Shown in pieces: positions 6,598 to 18,140 of a stretch of DNA of 23,481 nt. The stretch's first letter is position 1, and the number at the start of each line of letters is the position of its first letter. The position numbers and the translations under genes were made by a program. The stretch comes from a virus (Duplodnaviria > Heunggongvirae > Uroviricota > Caudoviricetes): IMG/VR virus record IMGVR_UViG_2565956633_000002; one strand, written 5' to 3'. The notes beneath the pieces were generated by a model. It saw nothing but the letters and a program-made list of their open reading frames with translations. It was not told the DNA's origin and searched no databases.

Positions 6598-8082
6598 TCA
6601 TTCATTAAGCCATGCCAGAGCTTCATCAACCTGCGCTTCGTCTTCGACGCTAAGCACTTCATCCTGGGGAACATAATCCGCCAGCATAGCGAAACAATAT
6701 GTATCCCAATGGTCTGGTGAGTGCAGGTTGAGTTTTTTCTTCATATCCTCCTTACTCATCACCTTCCATTGACCTGCGGAGTTAATCCCTACAGGGATTT
6801 TCGACGCTTCCTCAATAGTTTCATTACCCTTATCCAGTCTCATACGACCAGATTTTACGGCCTCTGCGGCTTGAACGTTGGCATAAGCACGTTTATCAAA
6901 GTACAGGCTCTTATCTTCACGGCTATGCATCTTTTTACCCCAGCGTATACGCTGTACGGTAATACCATAATACTCGTACATCAGATCCGCTGTTGCTTTA
7001 CCCAGGCCATCGCCATCTATCGCTATGGTGATATTGGGGAATCGCTCAGGATTACATTCTGCGAAAATTTTGGCGGCAAGCTGCGTTTCTGTAACGTCTG
7101 TGTATTCCAGCATTCGATAGTTGATTACACGGCGTTTATTTCGCTGGCCGGACACCATCATGATATTGATAACTGACTTATCCCGTCCCGTACCACCAGC
7201 AACGTCCACACATGCAAGCCAGCCCCATCCTTTGGCAATCTTAACTTTCCGCCGCGTTGCACGTTCAACCTCATCACGTCCAAGAAGGAAGCCGTCCTGT
7301 GATTTAGGGAATAGGCCGCGCACCTTAATCATGTACATAGGGTTATCACGCCCGCCGTACTCCGCCAGCTTCATTTTGATAAATTCTGGCGTTACCAGCG
7401 GTGATTCCTCACTGTTAAGCGTGATCGCCGTATAAACGCCATCTGGGTTACCAGGACGCTTGGCCAGTTTATGGTGAGTATCGTAGAAATAGCCGCTTGG
7501 GCGTGTAGGCTGTGACAGTAATAAGATGCGGTTATCCTGTCCGGTAAGAGCACCGGTGATGATACCGAAAGCTCTATCACTGACACCGGAGGCTTCATCG
7601 ATAATATACAGAAGATGATCTGCGTGTTCACCGGCGAGAGCTTCTTCACTTCCCAGACGAAAGCCCTTCGGTACTACAGTCCATACACCTTTACCAGTAA
7701 CCTCATAGAAAGCGGTTTCTGTCAGAACAAAATAATCAGCAAGCCATGGAAAACGGCTGGTGGCAGTAGCCCAGTTTATCTTGATGTACTTGAATATACC
7801 GGTCATTACCTGCTGAATTTTGTTCGCAACGATAATGGCACGGGCACCTGGATACATGATTATGAACAACATGATCATGATAGAAGTCATGTCTGATTTC
7901 CCGGTACCGTGACCAGACGAAACAGATGTCTTGCTACCCTGTTCCTGCACAGACTCAATAATCAGATCCTGCTGCCAGGTAGGTGTTTTGCCGAACAAAA
8001 CATCAGCGGCAGCAATCCAGTCATAACGATATAGCGCCACCAGCTCGCGCCAACGTGGATCCGTTACGCAACTTCTGGCCAT
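6598..8082 (-). CDS. pacB: PacB, pacase / terminase large subunit, 494 aa
   Basis: Terminase-type ATPase with Walker A GHGTGKS and a C-terminal nuclease region. The 494-aa length and the one-base overlap with the upstream gene (TAATG) match P1 pacB. Confidence 0.9.
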   Translation of the reverse strand: MARSCVTDPRWRELVALYRYDWIAAADVLFGKTPTWQQDLIIESVQEQGSKTSVSSGHGTGKSDMTSIMIMLFIIMYPGARAIIVANKIQQVMTGIFKYIKINWATATSRFPWLADYFVLTETAFYEVTGKGVWTVVPKGFRLGSEEALAGEHADHLLYIIDEASGVSDRAFGIITGALTGQDNRILLLSQPTRPSGYFYDTHHKLAKRPGNPDGVYTAITLNSEESPLVTPEFIKMKLAEYGGRDNPMYMIKVRGLFPKSQDGFLLGRDEVERATRRKVKIAKGWGWLACVDVAGGTGRDKSVINIMMVSGQRNKRRVINYRMLEYTDVTETQLAAKIFAECNPERFPNITIAIDGDGLGKATADLMYEYYGITVQRIRWGKKMHSREDKSLYFDKRAYANVQAAEAVKSGRMRLDKGNETIEEASKIPVGINSAGQWKVMSKEDMKKKLNLHSPDHWDTYCFAMLADYVPQDEVLSVEDEAQVDEALAWLNE

Positions 8083-9275
8083 TAATCATCATCCCCGTAT
8101 AGCTTGCGGGTAACTTCTTCGTCTTCCTCCTCGTCTTCGTCCAGGTCTTGTTCCAGCCATGGGTCGTTTGATACACCTTCAGTATCAACATCTCCATAAC
8201 CGCCTGTATCAACGATATCGGCGATTTCTTCCCTACGCTGCTCAATCCACAATGCGGCATCGGCGCGGCGGTTGGCGGCCCGTTCTCGCGCAACTTTGTC
8301 CAGATCTTCAAGAGAAGGGCCACCGACGGCTGTTTGCCTTTCCTCATCATCGGTATTGGTCTTAGGAGCACGCAGATCGGCTTTGATTTGCTCCAGCATC
8401 AGGGGCGGTACTTTCCCTCCATGCGCCTCGATGAATTCAGCTGCCTCCAGCACTGACCAGTTGTTTTCACGCTTTCGTTCGTATGCCAGCTTAACAATGC
8501 CAGCTTGCCCCATAGACAAAGCGTGCTTTTCCGCCTCCCGGCTTTCTTTTCGATAGTTATTCCGGATGCTGTAAATGGTGTTGATCAGGCTGCTTATCTG
8601 CGCGGAACAGCTGTTTAGCATGCTCGCGATACGGTATTCAGGCGGAGTTCCTTCATCATCGTCTTTTTGCTGATCGCGCATTTCCTGAACCAAGCGAATA
8701 CACGTATCCCTGGCGTTCTCCAGCATAAGGAGATGAGAGAGAGACTTTTCCAGAAGAGTGGTTTCCAGAACATCAGCCCCGGACCGACGCAACATAGCGC
8801 GCGCGGCCTTCCGCGCTTCAACGTTATCTATCAGGTAATCGCCAGCTTCGAATTCAAAGCGTTCACCATCATCATCCAGGGTGTCGCGTTCCAGGCGATC
8901 ACGTAAGGTCCGGTGGGCGCGGGTGATCACGTCATGATCATCAGAACGATCATTTATGCGCTTATTCTGGCGCTTCGCGTTCTCGACTGCGGCACTGACA
9001 ACAGCATTAACTCTTTGTTTTTCAGCCATTTCAGCCACAATGTGATCACCTGCACGTTGATCATTAGCGTGATCAATGATCATGCTTTTTAGTGGTTTTC
9101 TGACAGGCTTATTTGGCTTACGGCTGTCCGCTGTTCCGGTGTCTTCTTTGAATGCACGGAGATAACGACGTGCGGTGTTTGGGTTGAGATTAAACTCGGC
9201 GGCATATTGTGCGATGGTGTAACCACCATCTCGCGCCAGGCGAGCAAAATTCTTCTTGTGATCGTCCCAGGTCAC
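8082..9275 (-). CDS. pacA: PacA, pacase small subunit, 397 aa (GTG start)
   Basis: GTG start with Shine-Dalgarno AAGGAAG. The product has an N-terminal helix-turn-helix-like region and an acidic tail, and the pac site lies inside the ORF as in P1. Confidence 0.88.
   Translation of the reverse strand: MTWDDHKKNFARLARDGGYTIAQYAAEFNLNPNTARRYLRAFKEDTGTADSRKPNKPVRKPLKSMIIDHANDQRAGDHIVAEMAEKQRVNAVVSAAVENAKRQNKRINDRSDDHDVITRAHRTLRDRLERDTLDDDGERFEFEAGDYLIDNVEARKAARAMLRRSGADVLETTLLEKSLSHLLMLENARDTCIRLVQEMRDQQKDDDEGTPPEYRIASMLNSCSAQISSLINTIYSIRNNYRKESREAEKHALSMGQAGIVKLAYERKRENNWSVLEAAEFIEAHGGKVPPLMLEQIKADLRAPKTNTDDEERQTAVGGPSLEDLDKVARERAANRRADAALWIEQRREEIADIVDTGGYGDVDTEGVSNDPWLEQDLDEDEEEDEEVTRKLYGDDD
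8896..9083. other. pac packaging site: two clusters of TGATCA/GATC hexamers flanking the presumed cut region
   Basis: TGATCA at 9043, 9058, 9070 and 9078 on one side. On the other side, GATC-containing hexamers at 8896, 8924, 8935 and 8948. This is the known 4 + 3 Dam-site architecture of P1 pac. Confidence 0.65.
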
Positions 9276-9361
9276 TTATGCTTCCTTTCGTATAAAACTC
9301 TTTTTGACGCGAGGGTAACGAAAGTCACATGTCAAAAGGCCCGGAACGGGCAAGCAATCAA

Positions 9362-9814
9362 TCAGATACGTGCGGATGTGGCATTACCGTAATGACGGTG
9401 CTGACGGACCACCTTATTGAAAAGTTGACGCGCCATCACCCAAGGCTGGTGCTCCCGGCGTTCCTTTTCGTCCTGCGTCATATAGAGTTCGTTCTGGAGT
9501 TTTTCATCAAACCGGCGCGGAGCGCGGCTGCGGCGAAAGAATTCAGGATTCAGAGAGTGGATCTGAAATCTACGTGGGCGTGTACTGTCATCAATCAAAA
9601 CAGACGAATACTTAGACACAGCGATAGCCTTTAAGCGCAGATAAACATCGCGCTTATCGACATCCAGATGCGGGTATTCCTTTTCAAGAATTGCTGCGAG
9701 TTCTTTCGCTGATAGAAGAGATTTAGTGCGGATCATGTAATCCGCAATCTCGTACGATGTTATTCGTGAGTGATTTATTTCCATGAAGTGGCGTCCCTGC
9801 CAGTTAAGTAACAT
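9362..9814 (-). CDS. hypothetical protein, 150 aa, in the position of lpa (late promoter activator) upstream of pacA
   Basis: ATG at 9814 with Shine-Dalgarno AGGTGA, and tandem C1 operators immediately upstream. The protein is not recognised; the assignment is positional only. Confidence 0.5.
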   Translation of the reverse strand: MLLNWQGRHFMEINHSRITSYEIADYMIRTKSLLSAKELAAILEKEYPHLDVDKRDVYLRLKAIAVSKYSSVLIDDSTRPRRFQIHSLNPEFFRRSRAPRRFDEKLQNELYMTQDEKERREHQPWVMARQLFNKVVRQHRHYGNATSARI

Positions 9815-9871
9815 CCTGTCACCTACTGATTAGCCCATGTCAACTAATCAACGTGGAATATAATACCCTCG

Positions 9872-9901
9872 ATTAAAGAAATAGCAATACATTAGAGCAA
9901 T
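9872..9901 (-). promoter_or_regulatory. tandem C1 operators (Op88-like)
   Basis: Minus strand reads ATTGCTCTAATGTATTGCTATTTCTTTAAT. Confidence 0.6.
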
Positions 9902-9902
9902 T

Positions 9903-10946
9903 TTATCTAACGCTCGACGAGTGACTTGTGATAGCGCCGACTCCAAGCGCGTAATCAAAGAACAATCGTTGATGCATCGCCAGCCTACCGTGCGTCTTCT
10001 CCCAATTATCGCGGTCACGCTCAATATCACGCTGGCATGACTGGCACAGAGGAATAGCATAAATGTCATGCGCGCATAATCGACTATGACGAACGATATA
10101 AGGCGTAATGTGAGCGCCAGCTCCCGCAGCTCCACAGCCACAGCATGGACGGGAAGCCACAAAGTCCATGTACTCGGGCAATTTTAGCGATTGAAGTTTT
10201 GGTATTTTGAAATGCGCCATACCTGGGTCGGAGTCAACATCCACAGGGCATACTTTTGCACGCATCGGCGCGGCGCGTTCTTCCATCATCTGAACATATG
10301 CTGTAGCGCGATCGTCATACGGGCGAATATCCGCCTCTTTCAGAGGTCCGCTATCCTGCGGAGTAGCCTTCATCTTATTTATTGATATGCGGCAGACTTC
10401 TTCCGGCATCAGGTGCATCATGTTGCGCATGAAAGCCCACCAGCACAGTTCCTGAATACTTAAATCATGGCCATCTGAAAGCCCCATTTCCTGACGGGCG
10501 ACATCCAGTATCCAGTTAACGCGATTATTATGCAGCGTTTCTTTCAGCTCATTAAAACCACGCATCCGGTAATGGTTATCGTGATGCCAGCACAGCAACA
10601 CCGCGCTATTGTCTCGTTCAGTGTGGACAATATGGTTGTCACACCAACTACGATCTGCGGCCTGGCATCGCCCCTCTTTCCTGCGCAACCACGCCACCAG
10701 CGCGTCAATTCCACCAATACGACGAAACAGCTCATCGCTGTTAAAAAACGGCTGCAACGCCTCATTTGTTGCCATGGTTTGCTCGGAAACAACGAGGCCG
10801 TCGTCCATGTGCTCGATTAACTCACGCGGCACCGGCTCCATAATAAATTTACGGCCAGCCTCCACCAGCTTTCTGACCTCCTGATCCACTTTGAATGTGG
10901 CGACGCCAAGCTCTTTTTGTACAAAGGGAGTAATTACGGCTTTCAC
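9903..10946 (-). CDS. hypothetical Cys/His-rich protein, 347 aa (P1 pdcB position)
   Basis: GTG start with Shine-Dalgarno AAGGTG. The product has several CxxC and HxxH clusters ([20 protein letters not shown]) and sits two genes downstream of doc. Confidence 0.65.
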   Translation of the reverse strand: MKAVITPFVQKELGVATFKVDQEVRKLVEAGRKFIMEPVPRELIEHMDDGLVVSEQTMATNEALQPFFNSDELFRRIGGIDALVAWLRRKEGRCQAADRSWCDNHIVHTERDNSAVLLCWHHDNHYRMRGFNELKETLHNNRVNWILDVARQEMGLSDGHDLSIQELCWWAFMRNMMHLMPEEVCRISINKMKATPQDSGPLKEADIRPYDDRATAYVQMMEERAAPMRAKVCPVDVDSDPGMAHFKIPKLQSLKLPEYMDFVASRPCCGCGAAGAGAHITPYIVRHSRLCAHDIYAIPLCQSCQRDIERDRDNWEKTHGRLAMHQRLFFDYALGVGAITSHSSSVR

Positions 10947-10973
10947 ATCACACCTTTAATCACTGATTGGGCT

Positions 10974-11153
10974 TTATCTGCTGCCCGGCATTCTCTGTTT
11001 AAGCACAACCATTTCCTGACGGCATAACACAGCAATAGCGGTCCTGACACCAACTTGCTTACCAACCAGGTAATGCTTTACCTCGCGGCGACTCACGCCA
11101 TCAAGAAGCATCTTTAACGCTTCACGGGACAACTTGTTGTATTTACGTGCCAT
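10974..11153 (-). CDS. small basic protein, 59 aa (P1 pdcA position)
   Basis: ATG at 11153, 4 bp after the doc stop. Product MARKYNKLSREALKMLLDGVSRREVKHYL... looks like a possible helix-turn-helix protein. Confidence 0.5.
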   Translation of the reverse strand: MARKYNKLSREALKMLLDGVSRREVKHYLVGKQVGVRTAIAVLCRQEMVVLKQRMPGSR

Positions 11154-11157
11154 TAAT

Positions 11158-11538
11158 CTACTCCGCAGAACCATACAATCTACGTAACGTGTCGGCGACA
11201 GAAGATACAGATATCTCGCCAGTCGCAGCGCCTACAGTAAGGTCTGCCAGTTCAGGTGAATCAAATACCTGCACCCCGTTACGGCGTAGAAATAACAGCG
11301 CACTGTTTAGCGCGGTACGCTTATTGGCATCATTGAATATATGCCCTCTCGCTGTAGCCACCAGGTAGGTGGCGGAGACTTCGAAAAGGTCGGTGATCTC
11401 TTCGTAGGCAACTCTGGCCTGAACTCTCCCGATAATGGCCTCTGCCCTACCCGGATCTGACATTCCCGGCAGGCCGCCGTAGCGGTTTATATTCGCATCA
11501 TGAAGCGCAATAAGTTCTTCCGGTGATATATGCCTCAT
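11158..11538 (-). CDS. doc: Doc toxin (Fic/Doc family), 126 aa
   Basis: Translation [75 protein letters not shown]... is essentially P1 Doc. Confidence 0.95.
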   Translation of the reverse strand: MRHISPEELIALHDANINRYGGLPGMSDPGRAEAIIGRVQARVAYEEITDLFEVSATYLVATARGHIFNDANKRTALNSALLFLRRNGVQVFDSPELADLTVGAATGEISVSSVADTLRRLYGSAE

Positions 11539-11759
11539 TATCGGTTAACCAGTTCCTTGTTGGTGGAGTCCAGGGTGTCAAACAGGGATGCAAATTCAGC
11601 ATCCAGCGCCGCTTTTTTGTAGGCTTCGAAAGTAGCCTTGCTGACAATTACTGCTGGCTCACGGCCTCTGCGGGTGATTTCAACCTCTTCCCCGGCCTCA
11701 ACATTGTTGAGCACTTCAGAAAGTTTGCCGCGCGCGGTACGGAAGTTAATGGATTGCAT
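11538..11759 (-). CDS. phd: Phd antitoxin, 73 aa
   Basis: Translation [73 protein letters not shown] is P1 Phd. Its stop overlaps the doc start (TAATG). Confidence 0.95.
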   Translation of the reverse strand: MQSINFRTARGKLSEVLNNVEAGEEVEITRRGREPAVIVSKATFEAYKKAALDAEFASLFDTLDSTNKELVNR

Positions 11760-11935
11760 AAACACCTCATGTACTCGTTATGTGTACGCAATCATAAACC
11801 TCACAGGCATAAAGCACCAGCACTTTGCGGCTTAACAAACCTCTAGGCAGGTCATTCGTAGCCTAATGTCCGAACTGCTAAAGCATCCAAGTTGCTGTAG
11901 AATCACCGCCAATTACATAAGCCTGAAATAAGTGG

Positions 11936-13498
11936 ATGAAAATGACAAGTATTCAACAACGTGCAGAGCTTCATCGTCAAATCTGGCAAATTGCTAACGA
12001 TGTCAGGGGTTCGGTCGATGGATGGGATTTTAAGCAATACGTTCTGGGCGCACTTTTCTACCGTTTTATCAGCGAAAATTTTTCCAGCTATATTGAAGCC
12101 GGTGATGACAGCATCTGTTATGCGAAACTGGATGACAGCGTAATTACTGATGACATTAAAGACGATGCCATCAAAACCAAAGGCTACTTCATCTACCCAA
12201 GTCAGCTTTTCTGCAACGTAGCTGCGAAAGCAAATACCAATGACAGACTGAACGCAGATTTAAACAGCATCTTCGTTGCTATCGAAAGCTCTGCTTACGG
12301 TTACCCTTCAGAAGCTGACATCAAAGGTTTGTTTGCTGATTTCGATACCACCAGTAACCGCCTGGGTAACACCGTTAAAGATAAAAATGCCCGCCTGGCT
12401 GCGGTTCTGAAAGGGGTTGAAGGGTTAAAACTTGGTGACTTCAACGAACATCAGATTGACCTGTTCGGTGATGCCTATGAGTTCCTGATTTCTAACTATG
12501 CGGCAAATGCCGGTAAGTCAGGCGGTGAGTTCTTTACACCGCAGCACGTCTCTAAGCTGATTGCACAACTGGCAATGCACGGCCAGACCCACGTTAACAA
12601 AATCTACGACCCGGCAGCAGGTTCCGGTTCGCTGTTGTTGCAGGCTAAAAAACAGTTTGATGACCATATCATCGAAGAAGGCTTTTTTGGTCAGGAGATC
12701 AACCATACGACCTATAACCTGGCGCGTATGAACATGTTTTTGCACAACATCAACTACGACAAGTTTGATATCAAGCTGGGTAATACACTGACTGAGCCGC
12801 ACTTCAGAGATGAAAAACCGTTTGATGCCATCGTTTCTAACCCGCCGTATTCGGTGAAATGGATTGGCAGCGATGACCCGACGCTGATTAACGATGAACG
12901 TTTTGCCCCGGCTGGCGTTCTGGCCCCCAAATCCAAAGCTGACTTTGCGTTTGTATTACATGCGCTGAACTATCTTTCTGCCAAAGGTCGTGCTGCGATT
13001 GTCTGCTTCCCGGGCATTTTTTACCGTGGCGGCGCGGAGCAGAAAATCCGTCAGTATCTGGTTGACAATAACTATGTCGAAACCGTGATTTCACTGGCAC
13101 CGAACCTGTTCTTTGGCACCACCATTGCCGTAAATATTCTGGTGCTGTCTAAACATAAAACGGATACCAAAGTTCAGTTTATTGACGCCAGCGAACTGTT
13201 CAAAAAAGAGACTAACAACAACATCCTGACCGATGCCCATATCGAAAAAATTATGCAGGTATTTTCCAGCAAGGAAGATGTTGCCCATCTGGCAAAATCT
13301 GTCGCGTTTGAGGCCGTTGTCGCGAATGACTATAACCTGTCAGTGAGCAGCTATGTAGAAGTGAAAGATAACCGCGAAACTATCGATATTGCTGAGCTAA
13401 ATGCTGAGCTGAAAACCACGGTCAGCAAAATCGACCAGTTGCGTAAAGATATTGATGCGATTGTGGCTGAAATTGAAGGCTGCGAGGTGCAGAAATGA
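11936..13498 (+). CDS. hsdM: Type I restriction-modification methyltransferase subunit HsdM, Type IC (EcoR124 family), 520 aa
   Basis: N6-adenine methyltransferase motifs are present: [10 protein letters not shown] (AdoMet binding) and VSNPPYS (motif IV). The 520-aa length and N-terminus [25 protein letters not shown] fit EcoR124-type HsdM. Confidence 0.93.
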   Translation: MKMTSIQQRAELHRQIWQIANDVRGSVDGWDFKQYVLGALFYRFISENFSSYIEAGDDSICYAKLDDSVITDDIKDDAIKTKGYFIYPSQLFCNVAAKANTNDRLNADLNSIFVAIESSAYGYPSEADIKGLFADFDTTSNRLGNTVKDKNARLAAVLKGVEGLKLGDFNEHQIDLFGDAYEFLISNYAANAGKSGGEFFTPQHVSKLIAQLAMHGQTHVNKIYDPAAGSGSLLLQAKKQFDDHIIEEGFFGQEINHTTYNLARMNMFLHNINYDKFDIKLGNTLTEPHFRDEKPFDAIVSNPPYSVKWIGSDDPTLINDERFAPAGVLAPKSKADFAFVLHALNYLSAKGRAAIVCFPGIFYRGGAEQKIRQYLVDNNYVETVISLAPNLFFGTTIAVNILVLSKHKTDTKVQFIDASELFKKETNNNILTDAHIEKIMQVFSSKEDVAHLAKSVAFEAVVANDYNLSVSSYVEVKDNRETIDIAELNAELKTTVSKIDQLRKDIDAIVAEIEGCEVQK

Positions 13499-14706
13499 GC
13501 GAGTTGAGTTATCTGGAAAAATTGCTGGATGGGGTTGAAGTTGAGTGGTTGCCATTGGGGGAAATAACCAAATATGAACAGCCAACAAAGTATTTGGTAA
13601 AAGCAAAAGATTATCACGACACATATACCATACCGGTTCTTACTGCCGGAAAAACATTTATTCTTGGATACACAAATGAGACTCATGGTATTTATCAGGC
13701 ATCAAAGGCACCTGTAATAATTTTTGATGATTTCACCACCGCTAATAAATGGGTGGATTTTGACTTTAAGGCAAAATCATCGGCCATGAAAATGGTTACA
13801 TCATGTGATGATAATAAAACCTTACTGAAATATGTTTACTATTGGCTCAATACATTACCAAGTGAATTCGCAGAGGGAGACCATAAACGCCAATGGATTA
13901 GTAATTATTCTCAAAAAAAAATCCCAATCCCCTGCCCGGATAATCCGGAAAAATCCCTTGCCATCCAGTCTGAAATCGTTCGGATTCTGGATAAATTTAC
14001 TGCACTTACCGCTGAGCTTACCGCTGAGCTTAACATGCGTAAAAAACAGTACAACTATTATCGCGACCAGTTGTTGAGTTTTAAAGAGGGTGAGGTTGAG
14101 TGGAAGACTTTGGAGGAGGTGCTAGTAGATAAATTTTGGATTATGCCCGCAACTCCGAAGTTTGATGACAATGGTGAAATTCCATATGTCACTTCAAAGA
14201 ATATTAGTGGTGGGAACATCGATTTTGAAAGAGTTAAGCATATTTCCCGGGACGATTTTTTGAGCATCTCCAAAAATAGACCGATCTTGAAAGGTGACTT
14301 TCTTATAAGCATGATTGGTACTATTGGTGAGATTGCTCGAGTAAAATGTCTCGATCCTGATTTTTACGGTCAAAACATGTACCTAATCAGGTTGAATGAG
14401 GAATTACTTCACCCTAGATATTTTCTGCATTTCTTCGACTCACCAAGAATGAAATTTTACTTTAAGTCAGTAAAAAACAATTCAGGGCAAGGTTATCTTA
14501 AAGCAAATAACATTGATGGTTTATCTATTCCTTTACCATCGATTGATGAGCAACAAAAAATTGCCTTTATCCTCGATAAGTTCGACACCCTGACCAACTC
14601 CATCACCGAAGGTCTCCCGCGTGAAATCGAGTTGCGCCAGAAACAATACGAGTACTACCGTGATTTACTGTTCAGTTTCCCGAAACCTGAAACTGTCAGT
14701 AATTAA
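13495..14706 (+). CDS. hsdS: Type I specificity subunit HsdS, Type IC, 403 aa, two target-recognition domains
   Basis: ATGA overlap with hsdM. The central conserved region carries the TAEL-TAEL repeat typical of Type IC HsdS, and there are duplicated conserved motifs (QKQYEYYRD / KKQYNYYRD). Confidence 0.9.
   Translation: MSELSYLEKLLDGVEVEWLPLGEITKYEQPTKYLVKAKDYHDTYTIPVLTAGKTFILGYTNETHGIYQASKAPVIIFDDFTTANKWVDFDFKAKSSAMKMVTSCDDNKTLLKYVYYWLNTLPSEFAEGDHKRQWISNYSQKKIPIPCPDNPEKSLAIQSEIVRILDKFTALTAELTAELNMRKKQYNYYRDQLLSFKEGEVEWKTLEEVLVDKFWIMPATPKFDDNGEIPYVTSKNISGGNIDFERVKHISRDDFLSISKNRPILKGDFLISMIGTIGEIARVKCLDPDFYGQNMYLIRLNEELLHPRYFLHFFDSPRMKFYFKSVKNNSGQGYLKANNIDGLSIPLPSIDEQQKIAFILDKFDTLTNSITEGLPREIELRQKQYEYYRDLLFSFPKPETVSN
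14005..14028 (+). repeat. tandem 12-bp repeat (CTTACCGCTGAG x2) encoding TAEL-TAEL in the hsdS central region
   Basis: Exact tandem duplication read directly from the sequence. In the EcoR124I / EcoR124II paradigm, two versus three copies of this repeat change the spacer length of the recognition site. Confidence 0.85.
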
Positions 14707-14828
14707 TTGACCATTGCTACCGACCGGGCCACCTTAACACCCGGTCAGTATATAGGCTATTTTTTTACACGCTGGAAGTCACCATTAACACCCTTCCGGC
14801 CCTTGCCAGACGGCACAAAGGATGCGCT

Positions 14829-17800
14829 ATGACTCATCAGACACACACCATTGCTGAATCCAATAACTTTATCGTTCTTGATAAGTACATCAAAGCTGAG
14901 CAAACAGGCGACAGCTATCAGAGTGAATCGGACCTGGAACGGGAACTGATTCAGGACCTGCGAAATCAGGGCTATGAATTTATACCCGTAAAATCACAGT
15001 CGGCGATGCTGGCCAACGTTCGGGAACAGCTTCAGAACCTCAATGGTGTGGTGTTTAATGACAGCGAATGGCGGCGTTTCACGGAGCAGTATCTGGACAA
15101 CCCGAGTGATGGCATTCTGGATAAGACCCGTAAAATCCATATCGACTATATTTGCGACTTTATTTTTGATGACGAGCGTCTTGAGAACATCTATTTGATA
15201 GATAAAAAGAATCTCATGCGCAATAAGGTGCAGATTATCCAGCAGTTTGAACAGACGGGTTCTCATGCTAACCGTTATGACGTCACGATCCTGGTTAATG
15301 GTTTACCGCTGGTGCAAATCGAACTAAAAAAACGCGGGGTGGCGATTCGTGAGGCTTTCAACCAGATACATCGTTACAGTAAAGAGAGTTTTAACAGCGA
15401 AAATTCCCTGTTTAAGTATCTGCAACTGTTTGTCATTTCTAACGGCACCGATACCCGTTATTTTGCCAACACGACAAAGCGCGATAAAAACAGTTTTGAC
15501 TTCACCATGAATTGGGCGAAATCAGACAACACGCTGATTAAAGACCTCAAAGACTTTACCGCTACCTTTTTCCAGAAACATACTCTGCTGAATGTTCTGG
15601 TGAACTACAGCGTTTTTGACAGTAGTCAGACGCTACTGGTGATGCGACCGTACCAGATTGCCGCCACCGAACGAATCTTATGGAAAATCAACAGCTCCTA
15701 TAAAGCGAAAAACTGGTCTAATCCCGAAAGCGGTGGCTTTATCTGGCACACTACCGGTTCTGGTAAAACACTGACCAGCTTTAAAGCCGCGCGTCTGGCA
15801 ACAGAACTGGACTTTATTGATAAAGTCTTCTTCGTGGTCGACAGGAAAGACCTCGATTACCAGACCATGAAGGAATACCAGCGTTTTTCGCCAGACAGCG
15901 TCAACGGCTCGGAAAATACCGCAGGTCTTAAACGAAATCTGGATAAGGACGATAACAAAATTATCGTCACCACTATTCAGAAACTTAATAACCTGATGAA
16001 AGCAGAAAGCGACCTGCCTGTATACAATCAGCAAGTGGTGTTTATATTTGATGAATGCCACCGCAGCCAGTTTGGAGAAGCGCAGAAAAACCTGAAGAAG
16101 AAATTCAAACGCTATTATCAGTTTGGTTTTACCGGCACACCTATTTTCCCGGAAAACGCTTTAGGCTCAGAAACGACCGCCAGCGTATTTGGCCGTGAAT
16201 TGCATTCGTATGTGATTACCGATGCGATTCGAGATGAAAAAGTGCTTAAATTCAAGGTGGACTACAACGATGTGCGGCCACAGTTTAAGTCTTTAGAGAC
16301 AGAAACCGACGAGAAAAAACTGAGTGCGGCTGAAAATCAGCAGGCGTTTCTTCATCCCATGCGTATACAGGAAATTACGCAATATATTCTGAATAACTTC
16401 CGCCAGAAGACCCACCGTACTTTCCCAGGTTCCAAAGGCTTTAATGCCATGCTGGCAGTGAGTAGCGTGGATGCCGCGAAAGCCTATTACGCGACGTTTA
16501 AACGGTTACAAGAGGAAGCAGCTAATAAATCGGCTACCTATAAACCGCTGCGTGTTGCGACAATCTTCTCCTTTGCCGCCAATGAAGAACAAAATGCCAT
16601 TGGTGAAATTTCCGATGAAACTTTTGATACCAGCGCAATGGACAGCAGTGCTAAAGAGTTTCTGGACGCTGCAATTCGTGAATATAACAGCCATTTTAAA
16701 ACTAACTTTAGCACCGACAGTAACGGTTTTCAGAACTACTATCGTGATTTAGCCCAGCGGGTTAAAAATCAGGATATCGATCTGCTAATTGTCGTGGGGA
16801 TGTTTTTAACCGGCTTCGATGCTCCAACATTGAACACGCTATTCGTCGATAAAAACTTGCGTTTTCACGGCCTGATGCAGGCATTTTCCCGCACCAACCG
16901 TATTTATGATGCAACTAAAACCTTCGGTAATATCGTCACTTTCCGGGATCTGGAACGCTCAACTATTGATGCCATAACGCTGTTTGGTGACAAAAACACC
17001 AAAAATGTGGTGTTAGAAAAGAGTTATACAGAGTATATGGAAGGCTTTACTGATGCTGCTACAGGTGAAGCTAAACGCGGCTTCATGACAGTAGTTTCAG
17101 AACTGGAACAACGGTTCCCTGACCCTGCCAGTATTGAAAGTGAAAAAGAGAAGAAAGACTTCGTTAAACTGTTTGGCGAATACCTGCGTGCCGAGAACAT
17201 CCTGCAAAACTATGATGAATTTGCCACGCTAAAAGCCCTGCAACAAATCGATCTTAGCGATCCTGTTGCGGTAGAAAAATTCAAAGCAGAACATTATGTG
17301 GATGATGAAAAGTTCGCTGAATTGCAAACAATTCGTCTCCCTGCTGATCGCAAGATTCAGGATTATCGTTCTGCCTATAACGATATTCGCGACTGGCAGC
17401 GCCGTGAGAAAGAAGCTGAGAAAAAAGAGAAATCAACCACTGACTGGGATGACGTAGTTTTTGAGGTCGATTTGCTGAAGTCTCAGGAAATAAACCTGGA
17501 TTATATCCTTGGACTGATTTTCGAACACAACAGACAAAATAAAGGCAAGGGCGAAATGATCGAAGAGGTCAAACGCTTAATTCGTTCAAGCCTGGGGAAC
17601 CGAGCGAAAGAGGGCCTGGTGGTCGATTTTATTCAGCAAACGAACCTGGATGATTTACCAGATAAAGCCAGTATCATTGAGGCATTCTTTACGTTTGCTC
17701 AACGCGAACAGCAACGTGAAGCAGAAGCATTGATAAAAGAAGAAAATCTCAATGAAGAAGCAGCAAAACGCTATATTCGCACGTCTTTAAAACGCGAATA

Positions 17801-17945
17801 CGCCACCGAAAATGGCACAGAATTAAACGAAACATTACCAAAACTTAGTCCATTGAATCCGCAATATAAAACGAAAAAACAGGCAGTTTTCCAGAAAATC
17901 GTCTCGTTTATTGAGAAGTTTAAAGGCGTAGGCGGAAAAATATAG
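14829..17945 (+). CDS. hsdR: Type I restriction endonuclease subunit HsdR, Type IC, 1038 aa
   Basis: Superfamily 2 helicase motifs are present (Walker A TGSGKT, DEAH-box FDECHRSQ). The 1038-aa length matches EcoR124I HsdR as I recall it. Shine-Dalgarno AAGGA. Confidence 0.93.
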   Translation: MTHQTHTIAESNNFIVLDKYIKAEQTGDSYQSESDLERELIQDLRNQGYEFIPVKSQSAMLANVREQLQNLNGVVFNDSEWRRFTEQYLDNPSDGILDKTRKIHIDYICDFIFDDERLENIYLIDKKNLMRNKVQIIQQFEQTGSHANRYDVTILVNGLPLVQIELKKRGVAIREAFNQIHRYSKESFNSENSLFKYLQLFVISNGTDTRYFANTTKRDKNSFDFTMNWAKSDNTLIKDLKDFTATFFQKHTLLNVLVNYSVFDSSQTLLVMRPYQIAATERILWKINSSYKAKNWSNPESGGFIWHTTGSGKTLTSFKAARLATELDFIDKVFFVVDRKDLDYQTMKEYQRFSPDSVNGSENTAGLKRNLDKDDNKIIVTTIQKLNNLMKAESDLPVYNQQVVFIFDECHRSQFGEAQKNLKKKFKRYYQFGFTGTPIFPENALGSETTASVFGRELHSYVITDAIRDEKVLKFKVDYNDVRPQFKSLETETDEKKLSAAENQQAFLHPMRIQEITQYILNNFRQKTHRTFPGSKGFNAMLAVSSVDAAKAYYATFKRLQEEAANKSATYKPLRVATIFSFAANEEQNAIGEISDETFDTSAMDSSAKEFLDAAIREYNSHFKTNFSTDSNGFQNYYRDLAQRVKNQDIDLLIVVGMFLTGFDAPTLNTLFVDKNLRFHGLMQAFSRTNRIYDATKTFGNIVTFRDLERSTIDAITLFGDKNTKNVVLEKSYTEYMEGFTDAATGEAKRGFMTVVSELEQRFPDPASIESEKEKKDFVKLFGEYLRAENILQNYDEFATLKALQQIDLSDPVAVEKFKAEHYVDDEKFAELQTIRLPADRKIQDYRSAYNDIRDWQRREKEAEKKEKSTTDWDDVVFEVDLLKSQEINLDYILGLIFEHNRQNKGKGEMIEEVKRLIRSSLGNRAKEGLVVDFIQQTNLDDLPDKASIIEAFFTFAQREQQREAEALIKEENLNEEAAKRYIRTSLKREYATENGTELNETLPKLSPLNPQYKTKKQAVFQKIVSFIEKFKGVGGKI

Positions 17946-17962
17946 CCCAATTCGTGTTTTTC

Positions 17963-17990
17963 TTGCGGGTTCTTAATTAAACCCGCAAGA
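17963..17990. repeat. perfect 9-bp inverted repeat CTTGCGGGT / ACCCGCAAG around a TTAATTAA core, just after the hsdR stop
   Basis: Read directly from the sequence. There is no U-run after the stem in either transcript orientation, so it is not a classical terminator. It is a possible protein-binding site or island boundary. Confidence 0.5.
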
Positions 17991-18024
17991 GACCGTGGGG
18001 TTCCAAATGGCTAATATACTCCCC

Positions 18025-18111
18025 TTACCCATGCGCGACGATGCCGCCAAAAGTGATAGAGAACAGCCAGAAATAGATCGCGGTCATAATGATTTTGAAT
18101 ACCGTGTTCAT
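18025..18111 (-). CDS. small hydrophobic peptide, 28 aa, predicted single transmembrane helix
   Basis: ATG at 18111 is preceded by Shine-Dalgarno CAGGAG with a 7-nt spacer. Product is MNTVFKIIMTAIYFWLFSITFGGIVAHG. A C1-type operator lies about 85 bp upstream. It is convergent with hsdR. Confidence 0.4.
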   Translation of the reverse strand: MNTVFKIIMTAIYFWLFSITFGGIVAHG

Positions 18112-18140
18112 ATCTTCAGCTCCTGTGATTGATTGGATAT

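Noticed and set aside
2157-7761. Chi sites (GCTGGTGG) at about 2157 and 7754
   Set aside because: Two octamers in 23 kb is close to chance expectation for a GC-balanced enterobacterial sequence, so they were not called as features.
6721-9634. Multiple plus-strand ORFs of 60-150 codons inside pacB, pacA and the lpa-position gene
   Set aside because: They are antisense to confidently identified genes and have no start signals.
14707-14828. Possible prrC-like anticodon nuclease between hsdS and hsdR
   Set aside because: The gap is only 122 bp, so there is no room for an inserted gene. This is a plain hsdM-hsdS-hsdR arrangement.
12518-16752. Short minus-strand and plus-strand ORFs inside hsdM and hsdR
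   Set aside because: They are embedded in long, motif-rich hsd reading frames.
17963-17990. Inverted repeat as the hsdR intrinsic terminator
   Set aside because: There is no U-run following the stem in either transcript orientation.
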